DNA of 55,553 bases from Phycisphaerae bacterium (GCA_050115495.1 JASFQK010000043.1:1-55553), one strand, 5' to 3'; counted from the first letter of the stretch, positions 1-9,883 are shown. The notes: generated by a model from the sequence alone, not told the origin. Numbers and translations: made by a program.

Positions 1-125
1 GCGGACGCTGAATGGCGCGAAGCTTCTGCCGGACGTGATCGCCAGCGTCCGCTTCATCGACGGAGAAAAACCCGAGAAAGCCGCCGCCTGATCACGACGC
101 CATCAACGACTTTTGACAATAGCTC
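1..125 (+). mobile_element. Right end of an IS256-family insertion sequence (transposase C-terminus 2..91 plus terminal inverted repeat)
   Basis: Frame 2 reads RTLNGAKLLPDVIASVRFIDGEKPEKAAA* (stop 89-91), matching the typical IS256 transposase tail (xLNGxxxLPxVIxGVxFxDG...AA*). It is followed by CAACGACTTTTGACAATAGCTC ending at 125, which resembles IS256-family ends. Confidence 0.75.
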
Positions 126-490
126 AGCGAGGTGTTCCCCATGTCTTTGAAGTAGACCAACACTACGGGCCGCCCGTTATCCCGCCAGCCTTTCACGGCT
201 GCCTTAATCTCGTGTATGGCCCCTTTCCTACCTACGCGGCGGTAGAAGATGCCGATCACAATGTCGGCACCGCGTATGTTCAGTGCTGGGTCGACTATCT
301 CCTCTTGGATGTCCCGCCTAGCCAGCCCCGGTTGGGCATCGTTCTCCCACGTGTAAAGCTCCAACCCGATACGCTTGGCCTTATAGAGCTGATTGATCTC
401 CTCAATAACACCCCTCGCAACATCCCTCTCTTCACTGACATCGCCCGGTGACACCAACACGACGCGGTACACGACCTTCATTTCTGGCAT
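92..490 (-). pseudogene. DUF4062-domain protein, N-terminal fragment truncated by the IS at 125/126
   Basis: Motifs RVVLVSPGDVSEER, LELYTWE, ADIVIGIFYRRVG, IHEIKAA and VLVYFK are DUF4062-like. The last ~10 codons (SYCQKSLMAS*) are read from the IS end. Confidence 0.7.
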
Positions 491-1374
491 GTCTGCGCTC
501 CTCCCCCACCGGCTGGTGCCGGCAGATGCTCGCGTGGATACGTTGCCAAGAAGCTCTCCCGAATCGCCTCGAAGTCCGCGACTGCAAGGGCTCGGGCAAG
601 CACGGTGTCGGTATCGCTGAGGATGCTACCCAACGAAACGGACACGCCGTTCTGGATCACGTAACACACACCACCCGGGTCGATGAGAAAGTGCTTGCGG
701 TCAGCTCCGGAGGCTGTGTAGCTCACGACCTTCACACCGCAGGCGGAGAGGTACCCGGTCGCAGCGGAAACTATGTCGACGAAACGGTAATGTGGCAGTC
801 CAAGGAGCCGCCGACTCGCAAGGTTACGGCCGATGTAGAGTACCTCATAGAACTTCCAGACGTCTGGAAGAGCGCTGGCAGGCACGGCGCGGACTAGCCC
901 CGTGATCTCCGTCGCGTTCAACGCGGTGATTACTGTTCCCAGTTTGATCTTGGGAGTTCGCGGCGAACAACGCAGGTCATGAATGATCTGGATAGTGGCG
1001 TCATGATGCCGGCCACAACCAGGGCGGAGTTGCGCCGCAACCCGTTCGTTCATGGAGTCCAACGGCAGAGCAAGCCAGTCCAGGACCGACGCCAGTTCGT
1101 GAACGAGGGCGACATCGACCCGACCGCTCGTTGACAACACTACGTACAGGCCTAGGCCCTGCGCGTGGTGGACAACCTGGTTGATACTCGGGTGGAACAG
1201 GGGCTCCCCGCCGGAGAGCACTACGGCCTGAGCCATATGTGTACGAAGCCGCGTGAGAATCTCGCAGGCCACATCAACTGGCATGTGACCAGCACTGGGC
1301 GGGGGACCGAAGCAGAATGGGCACTGACAGCCACATTTCCCGGTGACAAGCACGTCAGCCGCATAGGGCGCCAT
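478..1374 (-). CDS. Radical SAM protein, viperin-like
   Basis: CxxxCxxC (CGCQCPFC), SGGEP, LDWLALPLDS, KIKLGTVITALN, PDVWKFYEVL and FLIDPGG. Start placed at ATG 1374 after an AAGGA RBS (ORF track starts at 1461). Overlaps the DUF4062 start. Confidence 0.8.
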   Translation of the reverse strand: MAPYAADVLVTGKCGCQCPFCFGPPPSAGHMPVDVACEILTRLRTHMAQAVVLSGGEPLFHPSINQVVHHAQGLGLYVVLSTSGRVDVALVHELASVLDWLALPLDSMNERVAAQLRPGCGRHHDATIQIIHDLRCSPRTPKIKLGTVITALNATEITGLVRAVPASALPDVWKFYEVLYIGRNLASRRLLGLPHYRFVDIVSAATGYLSACGVKVVSYTASGADRKHFLIDPGGVCYVIQNGVSVSLGSILSDTDTVLARALAVADFEAIRESFLATYPREHLPAPAGGGGAQTCQK

Positions 1375-1632
1375 GGAATGACATCCTTGGACGCGTTCCG
1401 GGCGATCGAGACTTGGATTCGGCCTGCCGAAGCACATTGCCTCTTCATTGTAGTCGCCCAATCAAGCCAGTGAAGAGGCCATCGTGGACTCCGACTTGCC
1501 GGATAGCAGAGGATGGCTTGCCGTCACGCCGCCACCGGAGAGAACCGTCAGATGTCCCGCGACGTCACTTAAGCGGACGGCACCGCCCCTGGCCTGCTCC
1601 CCAGAGACTCATCCAGGTGTTATGAGAGTCCG

Positions 1633-1665
1633 TTGCCCAGCCGCGGCGTAACCGCGGCCGGGCAA
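1633..1665. terminator. GC-rich hairpin downstream of the SIMPL gene
   Basis: TTGCCC-A-GCCGCGG-cgtaa-CCGCGGC-C-GGGCAA; no clear U tract. Confidence 0.35.
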
Positions 1666-1830
1666 GGCGGCTGCCGATGAAAGGGCAACGTCACGCCTCT
1701 GGGTAGATCGTTCGCTCGCTCCGCCAGGCGGACGCCGAGTCGACCGCGAGCACGCCGTCGCCCCGGCAAACCCGGTCCACCAGCGCCGGAGGGGGCTCTC
1801 ACCTGAGCCATCCCGCGCATCTGCACGCGC

Positions 1831-2598
1831 TTACTCCACCGCAATCCCAAACGTCGCCGTCACGACCGCCTGCACGTCCTTGTCGATCGTATCCGTGTCG
1901 TACAGGCCGTAATCGCTCACGTCCGTCGACAGCGGCTCCGTCACTTGCAACACACCCATTCGCGCGTCCCGCAATTCACCCAACCGGCACCCAGCGCTCG
2001 TGGCGATCTGCTCGGCCCGGGCCCGGGCGTCCGCCGACGCCGCGGCCATCAGGTCGATCTTCAACTGGGCAAGCTGCGTGTAGTAGTACCGCGGCGCGTA
2101 CGAGATGACGTGCAGCCCCTCCTGGAGTAACTCGGTGACGCGTCCCGCCGACTGGTTGACGGCCTGCACATCCGCCGTTGTCACCGTGAACTGCCGCCCG
2201 AGCGAATACTCGGCGACCTCGCGCGTCCTGTTCCCCTTCGCGTCCCGCGCGTAGTGCTCCGTCGTGCGAATCGCCGCCAAGCCGATCTCCGCATCCCGGA
2301 ACCCCATATCCCCCAGAAACCGGCGGACGCGCTCCGTCGCCGTCGCCAGGTTGCCGAACGCCTCGCGCAGCTCCGCCCCGCGGCCGCCCACCTCGATCTG
2401 CCACACCGCCCGATCCGAGACGATGCGTTGGCGCGTGGAGCCCTTCACGACGATGGTCTGATCGCGCCGCACCGCCTCGCGCCCGTTGGCCCGATACGCG
2501 CGCGCAGCGACCACCGTACTGGTAACCAGACTGACCGCAACCCCGAGCGTGATGACAATAGCGACAGTGATAGCGTGCAGACGGACGTGGCACTCCAT
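1831..2598 (-). CDS. SIMPL (DUF541) domain periplasmic protein
   Basis: N-terminal TM, TIVVKG...SDRAVW, AAASADARARAEQIA...LGELRDARMGVLQVT and C-terminal DKDVQAVVTATFGI. ATG 2598 follows a GGAGG RBS. Confidence 0.85.
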   Translation of the reverse strand: MECHVRLHAITVAIVITLGVAVSLVTSTVVAARAYRANGREAVRRDQTIVVKGSTRQRIVSDRAVWQIEVGGRGAELREAFGNLATATERVRRFLGDMGFRDAEIGLAAIRTTEHYARDAKGNRTREVAEYSLGRQFTVTTADVQAVNQSAGRVTELLQEGLHVISYAPRYYYTQLAQLKIDLMAAASADARARAEQIATSAGCRLGELRDARMGVLQVTEPLSTDVSDYGLYDTDTIDKDVQAVVTATFGIAVE

Positions 2599-2737
2599 GG
2601 CGCTCCTCCCTGAGCTGAGAGATTGAAGCAAACCCAACCGTTCCCCGAGTCATCCTTGACTCGCCTGATGCGTCGATTCTACACCCGCTGTCAACAGGTA
2701 GCGCCCAAATTCTCCAACGACGCGCCGGCCGGGCTCT

Positions 2738-4606
2738 CTAACCGCGCGTCAGCCGCAGTTCAAAGCATGCCCCCCGCCCCTCGACGTCCACCGGCCGCAG
2801 GTCGCCGCCCATCGCCCGGGCCAGCCGCCGGCTCAGCGACAATCCCAGCCCCACACCCGGCGCCGAGTTCGCCGCCTGCCGTGCCGATTTGTGGAACGGG
2901 CGGAACAGCCGCGCCGCCTCGCCCGCCGCCAGCCCCGGCCCGTAGTCGCGCACCTGCACGATCCCCCACGCCCCGTCCTCCGCCAACGCCAGCACCACCC
3001 GCGCCGGCTCTCCGTCGGCCGCGTACTTGCACGCGTTGTCCACCAGGTTGAACAGAATCTGCTCCACCGCCGACGCATCAGCCGCCACGTGTGCCTTCCC
3101 CACGTCCCCCGCCGGCGGCGTGACGACCAGTTCGAGCCCCGCCCGCCGCGTCCGCTCGGCCAGCCGCGATCGCACCCCCTCGACCACCTCCGCCAGCCCG
3201 ACCCGCTCCAGCCGCCCCGGTCCGCGCCCCCGCTCCAACCGGGCGTACGCGAGCACATTCTCGACCAGGTGGCTCAACCGCACCGCCTCGCCCTGGAGCG
3301 TATCGAGGTAGCTCCGCCGCTTCTCCTCGCCCACCACCAGCCCCTCCGCCAGCATCTCCGTGTACAGCCGGAACGTCGTCAGCGGCGTGCGCAGCTCGTG
3401 CGTCACCGCCGACACGAACGTCGCCCGCCGTTCGCTCAGCGCCAGGATCCCCAGCAGCAGCGCCGCCGCCGCAATCGCCGCCAGCAGCACGCAGCCCCAC
3501 GCCACCATCAGCGACACCCGCAGCGGCGACGGCACGATGGCGACATTCGCCAGCGGCGGCCCCGGTTCGAGCGCCACCGGCAGCGCCGCCAGAGCCCGTT
3601 CGCCGCTCCGCCCGCCGCCATTCGGCAGCGGTACCAGCCGCGCCTGCGGAAACAGGTCGGTGATCTCGTCGCCCAGGTACGCCTGCAAGGCCGGCCAGTC
3701 CAGCCAGCACCCCTGCACGTACTCCCGCCCGTTCACGGCTACCCGCCGCGCCAGCAGCAGCACGTCCCCGACCCACAGCGGCCGCAGCACACCCGCCGCC
3801 ACCTCGCCCGACCACTGCCGAACGTTCCCCATGTTGCTGTTCGCCGCGATTGACTGCTCCGCCGCCCGCTGCCGCGCCGCCCGCTCCTGCACATCTCGCT
3901 TGGCGAACAGGCTCCCCGTCATCGAGGGCACCGACGGCCGCCCTCCGCCCTTCCGCTGCTGTTTGGACGGCTGTTGCCCGGCAAGCTGCTGCTCCTGCTG
4001 CTCAGCCTGCTGCGGCTCGGCACTCTGCGGCATAGCGCTCTGTTGCGCGTCGTCTGGCATCGGCACCGGCGCCACGACCGACATCGTCGGCAACGGCCGC
4101 TCCAACGGCAGATCCTTGAACGCCTCCACCTTCACCAGCCCCGCCAGCCGCTCCAGCCGGCCCTCCGCCTGCTTGATCCCCACGGCGCTCGTGAACTGCT
4201 CCTCGGCCAGCGCCCGCATGTCCCCCGTCGGCACCTGCGGCGACGTCAACTGCCCCGCCTCATCAAACTGGAAATGCACCAGGATGTACGGCGAAACCTG
4301 CGCCAGCAGCGGCGACGGCACGAGCACATCGCCGAACTCAATCCGGTTGTACATCCGCGTGTACGCCCGCTCCGCCGGATAGAACGCGCTGTACGCGAAG
4401 TACGGCCGAGCGCTCTCCTGGGCGACCAGCGGCGTCAGGGCCGAGTCCAGCCGCCACAGCGCCAGCCGCACCGACTCGTCCGTCGTCGCCCGCCGCCGCG
4501 ACCGGACGTCCAGCTCCAGCACCGTCACACTCAGCCACGCCAGCGTCACCAGCACCACCCCCAGGCACACCGCGAACGCCAGCCAGACGGGCCACGTGCG
4601 CCTCAC
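2738..4606 (-). CDS. Membrane sensor histidine kinase
   Basis: Two TM segments, H-box FVSAVTHELRTPL, N-box NLVDNACKY, G1 DYGPG, G2 GVGLGL; Gln-rich periplasmic region. Confidence 0.95.
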   Translation of the reverse strand: MRRTWPVWLAFAVCLGVVLVTLAWLSVTVLELDVRSRRRATTDESVRLALWRLDSALTPLVAQESARPYFAYSAFYPAERAYTRMYNRIEFGDVLVPSPLLAQVSPYILVHFQFDEAGQLTSPQVPTGDMRALAEEQFTSAVGIKQAEGRLERLAGLVKVEAFKDLPLERPLPTMSVVAPVPMPDDAQQSAMPQSAEPQQAEQQEQQLAGQQPSKQQRKGGGRPSVPSMTGSLFAKRDVQERAARQRAAEQSIAANSNMGNVRQWSGEVAAGVLRPLWVGDVLLLARRVAVNGREYVQGCWLDWPALQAYLGDEITDLFPQARLVPLPNGGGRSGERALAALPVALEPGPPLANVAIVPSPLRVSLMVAWGCVLLAAIAAAALLLGILALSERRATFVSAVTHELRTPLTTFRLYTEMLAEGLVVGEEKRRSYLDTLQGEAVRLSHLVENVLAYARLERGRGPGRLERVGLAEVVEGVRSRLAERTRRAGLELVVTPPAGDVGKAHVAADASAVEQILFNLVDNACKYAADGEPARVVLALAEDGAWGIVQVRDYGPGLAAGEAARLFRPFHKSARQAANSAPGVGLGLSLSRRLARAMGGDLRPVDVEGRGACFELRLTRG

Positions 4607-5310
4607 GGTCCCCCCTCCGCCGGCGTGAACTTATACCCCCGGCTCCGCACCGTCTCGATGATCCGGGCGTCCTCGGCGTTGTCGCGCAGCTTCTCCCGCA
4701 ACCGGGCGATGTGCATGTCCACCGTCCGCGTCTCGATCCCCCGCGGGTCGAATCGCCACACGCGCGACAGGATCTCATCACGCGAAACGGCCCGCCCCGG
4801 ATTCGCCGCCAGGTAGCGCAGCAACTCCGCCTCGCGTTCCGATAACTCCCGCCGCTCCCCATCCGCGAACCGCACTTCGCTCCGCGCCAGGTCCACCACC
4901 CCCCCCGGAATCGGCACTTCCACCAAATCCAACGGTCGTTCCGGCGATCGCCGCAGCACGGCCTCCACCCGTGCCAGCAGCTCCTTCACGCTGAACGGCT
5001 TCACGACGTAATCGTCCGCCCCCAGCCGAAACCCCCGCAGGCGGTCGTTCTCTTCCCCGCGTGCCGTCAGCACAATCACCGGCGTCGTCGGCCGCGCCTC
5101 GCGCACCGCCGCCAGGATGTCGAGCCCGTCGCCCCCCGGGAGCACGAGGTCGAGCAGCACCAGGTCGTACTCCTGGTGCAGGGCCGCCTCGCGCCCTTCG
5201 TCGGCCCGTTCGGCCTGTAGCGTCTGGTATCCGGAGACCTCGAGCGCATCCACCACGCCCCGCCGGATCGCCCGGTCATCCTCGACCACCAGAATGCGCC
5301 GCCGCCTCAT
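4603..5310 (-). CDS. OmpR/PhoB-family response regulator
   Basis: ILVVEDD, LLDLVLPG, LTAR, GADDYVVKPF; wHTH RTVDMHIARLREKL...IETVRSRGY. Overlaps the kinase gene by 4 bp. Confidence 0.95.
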   Translation of the reverse strand: MRRRRILVVEDDRAIRRGVVDALEVSGYQTLQAERADEGREAALHQEYDLVLLDLVLPGGDGLDILAAVREARPTTPVIVLTARGEENDRLRGFRLGADDYVVKPFSVKELLARVEAVLRRSPERPLDLVEVPIPGGVVDLARSEVRFADGERRELSEREAELLRYLAANPGRAVSRDEILSRVWRFDPRGIETRTVDMHIARLREKLRDNAEDARIIETVRSRGYKFTPAEGGP

Positions 5311-5445
5311 CGCGCCACCTCGTTTGCCAAGTCTGTCGCCGGACGCACTGCCTACAGCTTAGCCGGCCGGCGCTGCGCCTCCAACTGCGCCGCGCCGGCC
5401 AGCCTCTATCCACGCCGGTCCGGGAGGGGCACGCCCCGTCCGACG

Positions 5446-7719
5446 TCAGGATCCTTGCGGCTCTTTCACGAGCACCAGCTCGTCGCCGACCTTCAGCAGA
5501 ATCTCACCATCAAGTGCTACGCACCCCTGCCGCCCCTCCGCCACCAGCCGCGCCAGCAGTTGGGCGAACTCCGGACTGCCGAACACAACTTCGCGCTCCG
5601 GCTTCTGGCTCGCGGCGCTCACCACGCGGCTGTCCACCCACCGCCCGCCACGCCGGAAGAACGCCCGGTCGTTCATCTGCTGCACGGCGGACTCCGACAC
5701 GCTGTTCATGTTCTCGTCGAGGAACGAGTTCCGCGAATTCAGCACACTCTGGCCGCGCTGCCGGTTGAGGTTCATGCTCTGATTCACCGAACCCATCCCC
5801 GAGCGTACAGCCATCGCCCGCCCGCCCAGGTTCTTCTGCGCCTCGGCCATCACCTCGTCCCGCTTCGTCAGGTCCGTGCCCTCGCGGGCCAGGAACGCCG
5901 TGTACTCGGTCAGCACGCCGTACTCCGTGCTCAACTGCACGATCTCGTCGACCAGCTCCTTCAGGCCCGGATCGCGGATCGTGTCGGGCCGCAACGTCGC
6001 CGGATCCGCCCCTTTCGCCCGGATGTCATCGACGAGCGTGGCGATGCGCCGACTGGCCCACAGCCGCGGCACGAACGCATTGCGCGTGCTGGCCCGGTCG
6101 AGCGTGAAGTTCAGCTTGAACGCCTTCGGCCGGTTGAAGTACTGCCCGCGCAGATAGAAGTGCAGCGGCTGACCACCCACGTACCGCCCCAGCACGACGA
6201 GTTGATCGCCCGCGTACAGATCCGGCAGCGTCGTCGGCAGCATGTCGCAGATCCGTCCCGGCGCCGGCCGGGCATGCTCGTCCACCACTTCCAGCGTCGG
6301 ACCGGCGAGCACCGGCCCTTCCAACTCGCCGAACACCTCGGCCACCTTCACCTCGACGTTCTCCCCGGGCAGGACAAACGTGGACATCGCCCGCGAGTTC
6401 TGCGCCAGCGACGTCAGCAGCGGCGTATTGACGTCAACCCCGACGCCAAACGTGAAGACGCGCCGCTGACATGGATTCACCTTCGTCGCCAGTTCGCGGA
6501 TGGCCACCTCCGACGTCTCGCCGACGGTCGGTAGCCCGTCCGTCAGGAACAGCACGATCGGCAGCAGGTTGCCGGTCTGCGGCGATTGCAGCGCCGCCTG
6601 GAGCGCCTCGTAGATGTTCGTGCCGCCGCCCGGCCGCAGCGCCTGCAAGTACTCCATCGCCAGCCCTTCCGTCCGGGCGTCCTTCCGCACCGCCCGCTGC
6701 GAGAAGCGCGACACCGTGCTGTTGTAGTCGATGATGTTGAAGTACTCGTCCGGCCGCAGACCGGCGATGACCTGCATCGCCGCCTCGCGGGCTTGGTCCA
6801 TCTTCTCCCCGCGCATGCTCCCCGAGCGGTCGAGCACCAGCGTCACCTCGCGAAGCTGCCGCACGGGTGGATCATCCTCCACCAGGTCCGCCGGCAAACC
6901 CGCCAGCAGCAGGAAGTACCCCCCATCCCCCGCCGCGTCCGGATACGCCAGCAACGACGCCGTGACGCCCTCCTGGGCGATCAGGTACGACAGCCGGAAC
7001 GGCCCTGGCATGGTCGTCGCCGGCTCCTTCACGCGGATCGAAACCACGTTCGCCGCACTGCGCACCGTGAATACCTCGTGCGACGGAGAATAAACCGTCG
7101 AGATCGGCTGCTTGCTCTCGATCCGCACGGACACGTTCCACGGCACCGCCAGGGCCAGCGACTCGCTTCGCGGCAGGTAGTAGTCCACCCGGCTTCCGTC
7201 GCGCGGCAATACGTGCTCGTACGTCAGCCGCACCTTCTGCGTCCCCCGCGCCGGCACCGGGAACACGCTCGACCGCACCAGGTTGAAGCCGGCGAATTCC
7301 AACAATGCCGGGTCCTTAATCCTCGCCACGATCTCGTCGTACGTCTGCTTGGCCTCTTCCTGAGGCAGCACGACGGCGGTTGGCGCCGCCCCGCTGCCCT
7401 GGAACGTGAACCCGCGGACCGCCGCCCTGTCAGGCACCGGCACCAGCAGCTCCGCGTCCGTATCCCGGCCGCTACGGTTGCGCAGGCTGATGTCCATCGT
7501 CGTCGTCGCCACCTGCTCGATGATGACCACGCCGACGTCGACGGCCGTGATCTCAATCGCCTCATCCCCCTCCATGGGGAACGCCCGCGACTGCGGCATC
7601 ACAACGTTCGACGCCCGCCGCCCACCACTGAGGGCCGACTGGGCCAGGACCGGCGTCGCCAGCCCCCCCGCCAGCACCAGCACCGCCACCCATACTCCGG
7701 ATCGTTCTTTGCGCGTCAT
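5446..7719 (-). CDS. Secreted VIT + vWA domain protein (inter-alpha-trypsin-inhibitor-like)
   Basis: Signal peptide from MTRKERS (ATG 7719), VIT domain (DPALLEF), intact MIDAS DRSGSM...GGTN...LTDG, and C-terminal RLWASRRI/LTEYTAFLA. Confidence 0.9.
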   Translation of the reverse strand: MTRKERSGVWVAVLVLAGGLATPVLAQSALSGGRRASNVVMPQSRAFPMEGDEAIEITAVDVGVVIIEQVATTTMDISLRNRSGRDTDAELLVPVPDRAAVRGFTFQGSGAAPTAVVLPQEEAKQTYDEIVARIKDPALLEFAGFNLVRSSVFPVPARGTQKVRLTYEHVLPRDGSRVDYYLPRSESLALAVPWNVSVRIESKQPISTVYSPSHEVFTVRSAANVVSIRVKEPATTMPGPFRLSYLIAQEGVTASLLAYPDAAGDGGYFLLLAGLPADLVEDDPPVRQLREVTLVLDRSGSMRGEKMDQAREAAMQVIAGLRPDEYFNIIDYNSTVSRFSQRAVRKDARTEGLAMEYLQALRPGGGTNIYEALQAALQSPQTGNLLPIVLFLTDGLPTVGETSEVAIRELATKVNPCQRRVFTFGVGVDVNTPLLTSLAQNSRAMSTFVLPGENVEVKVAEVFGELEGPVLAGPTLEVVDEHARPAPGRICDMLPTTLPDLYAGDQLVVLGRYVGGQPLHFYLRGQYFNRPKAFKLNFTLDRASTRNAFVPRLWASRRIATLVDDIRAKGADPATLRPDTIRDPGLKELVDEIVQLSTEYGVLTEYTAFLAREGTDLTKRDEVMAEAQKNLGGRAMAVRSGMGSVNQSMNLNRQRGQSVLNSRNSFLDENMNSVSESAVQQMNDRAFFRRGGRWVDSRVVSAASQKPEREVVFGSPEFAQLLARLVAEGRQGCVALDGEILLKVGDELVLVKEPQGS

Positions 7720-7795
7720 CTTCGTTCTCGCTCTGCTGGGGCCACTGACCAGTCCTTCACCTGTCCTGAGTATCGCTGCGCCGCCCCCGCGGTGC

Positions 7796-7812
7796 TGTAA
7801 AAGGGGTGTAAC
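7796..7812 (-). promoter_or_regulatory. Candidate OmpR-family binding box (direct repeat with 11-bp period)
   Basis: TGTAAA-AGGGG-TGTAAC, about 77 bp upstream of the vWA gene start. Confidence 0.5.
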
Positions 7813-8315
7813 ATCGCGCCGGCGGAATTCCGCCAAACCCCGCCAGCTACGTGTTTTCCGGGCGTTTCTGTCGGCGGAACGTCACAAAAAACCGCCGCTA
7901 AGGTTGACAATCGATTCTTCTCGACGAATCCTTAGGATGAGCGAGGTCGTGTTGCTCTTCCTAACTTTTCCACCCCTCGCTCGACAAGTTAGGTCGGCCC
8001 GCTGGGTCGATCGACTGCCACGAGCTGACATCAAACCAGCCTCATCATCATCGTCCTACCTTGGAGGCTGCCGTGGCAGATGCCTGGCAGCGGTCGCACT
8101 GCTGTAGCCCGCGACCAACTCTGGTGATTTGAGAATTCGGTTGCTTGTCTGACCGTCCCACTGTGTGGGCACGCGGTCGCCGGAGCCGGATCGTTCCGAC
8201 CCGCCCTCCTGCCGCCGCTCCCTGCCCCGCTATGGACCGTGTGCGCCCGCACCCGTCAGGGCCGCCCGGCGACGGTGACGCCGGCGGCATGGCCGTGACA
8301 GAAAGGAGGACCGCC

Positions 8316-9857
8316 ATGCCCTGCAAACGACCCGGTCTCGTCGAACGTAGTTTCGACCGCGCGTTGTTCGCCGCCGCGGTGCTCTACGCCGCCGCCATGG
8401 TCACCCAGTTCGGCGTACGCTCGCCCAACCGCGTCGAATATATGGATGACTCACTGGCCCCGGGCGAACTCGACGCCGCCATCCTGCAAACGGCCGGCAA
8501 CCTCCAGGCCCAACTGGCCACGTTGCCGCCGCCGATCGTCGAAGTTCCCCCCTACCACAAGTACTTGACCGCTGCCCATGCCGCGGGCACGCTCGACGGC
8601 CCGCTCACGGTGCCGGCCACGCTGCCCCGCGCCGTCGATTTCGGCAATCCCATCCCCGACCTGACCCCGCGTGACCCGCGCGGCGTGCGCTTGGCGCAAC
8701 CGCTCCCGCCCGGCCGGCTTGCCGTCTCCGCCGGCCGTAGCGTGCTGCGTGTCGCCAACGACGACCGCCAGGCCACGTCGTGGGTCACGGTCGGCGGCCT
8801 GTTCGATACCGCCGCCCAACGCCAGGCCTTCCGCGACGCCGGCTATGCCGAGTTCCGTTGCCAGGTCTGGATCGGCGCCGTCGAAGCCCAGCGGCAGGAG
8901 CAGCTCCCAGACGGCACCTACACCGCCTGGGAGCAAGTAGCGATGCAGCCGCTGCCCGGCACGCCGGACCTCTCCACTGTTCCCTGGTCCGACCGCGCCG
9001 CGCTCGCCGAAGCCCACACCTGGATGAAGGCATCGCAGGAGCAGCTAACGCAACCGCCCTTTCGCGAAGTGATCGCCGGCAGCACGTGGCAGCATCCCTT
9101 CGGCGACGACGCCACGCGGAGCGACCTCGTCCCCGTCTGGGTGCACGACACGAACGTCATCCCCGGCCACACATACCGCTATCGCATGCGCGTCGACCTG
9201 TGGAACGCCTATGTCGCCCGCGAGGATCTGCTCGCCAACGCCGACGACGCGAGCCGCTGCCTGCTCGCCGGCCAGTGGTCCGCGCCGAGCGAACCCTACA
9301 CCGTCGCCCGCGACGTCCAGTTCTTCATCTGTGGCGTCAGTCCGGCGGCGAAGAGCGTCTACGTCGAAGTGTGGAAGTGGTACGAAGGCACGTGGTTTCG
9401 GCGGAGCTTCCCCGTCACGGTCGGCGAGGTTATCGGAACCGTCTGCGACGTCGCCATCGGCCGTGATGGCGCCGGGCATACGCTTCGGGCGCCTGTGGAC
9501 TTCTCCACCGGCGCGTTGGCGCTCGACGTGCGCTTCGACGAACTGCTAACCACTCGTGACGAGAAGGTCACGGCCAACAACGACCCCGCAACCGCCCACG
9601 ACACGGCGGCCGCTGGTGACCAGGTGAATGGCCCTGGCACGGCCGCCGCTGTCGTGGTGCATTTACGTGATACGACGACGGCGGCACTCACGTATGTGGA
9701 CGCACTGGGCGACCAGGTCCGCACGAAGTTCGCCGCTCAGGATCGTTATGACCCGATTCGTAAGCAACTGGCCGTCGCCGTGCCGCCCCGCCCGGCGCCG
9801 GCCCCCGAACCTTCCCCTCCTCCCAGGCCCACCGTACCGGTGGGTCCACGTCCCTAG
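8316..9857 (+). CDS. Hypothetical membrane-anchored protein with an Fn3-like segment
   Basis: AGGAGG RBS before ATG 8316, N-terminal hydrophobic segment, WVHDTNVIPGHTYRYRMRV Fn3-like motif, Pro-rich tail, host-like codon usage. Confidence 0.7.
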   Translation: MPCKRPGLVERSFDRALFAAAVLYAAAMVTQFGVRSPNRVEYMDDSLAPGELDAAILQTAGNLQAQLATLPPPIVEVPPYHKYLTAAHAAGTLDGPLTVPATLPRAVDFGNPIPDLTPRDPRGVRLAQPLPPGRLAVSAGRSVLRVANDDRQATSWVTVGGLFDTAAQRQAFRDAGYAEFRCQVWIGAVEAQRQEQLPDGTYTAWEQVAMQPLPGTPDLSTVPWSDRAALAEAHTWMKASQEQLTQPPFREVIAGSTWQHPFGDDATRSDLVPVWVHDTNVIPGHTYRYRMRVDLWNAYVAREDLLANADDASRCLLAGQWSAPSEPYTVARDVQFFICGVSPAAKSVYVEVWKWYEGTWFRRSFPVTVGEVIGTVCDVAIGRDGAGHTLRAPVDFSTGALALDVRFDELLTTRDEKVTANNDPATAHDTAAAGDQVNGPGTAAAVVVHLRDTTTAALTYVDALGDQVRTKFAAQDRYDPIRKQLAVAVPPRPAPAPEPSPPPRPTVPVGPRP

Positions 9858-9883
9858 TCAGCGCCGCGCACACACAAGGGGGC

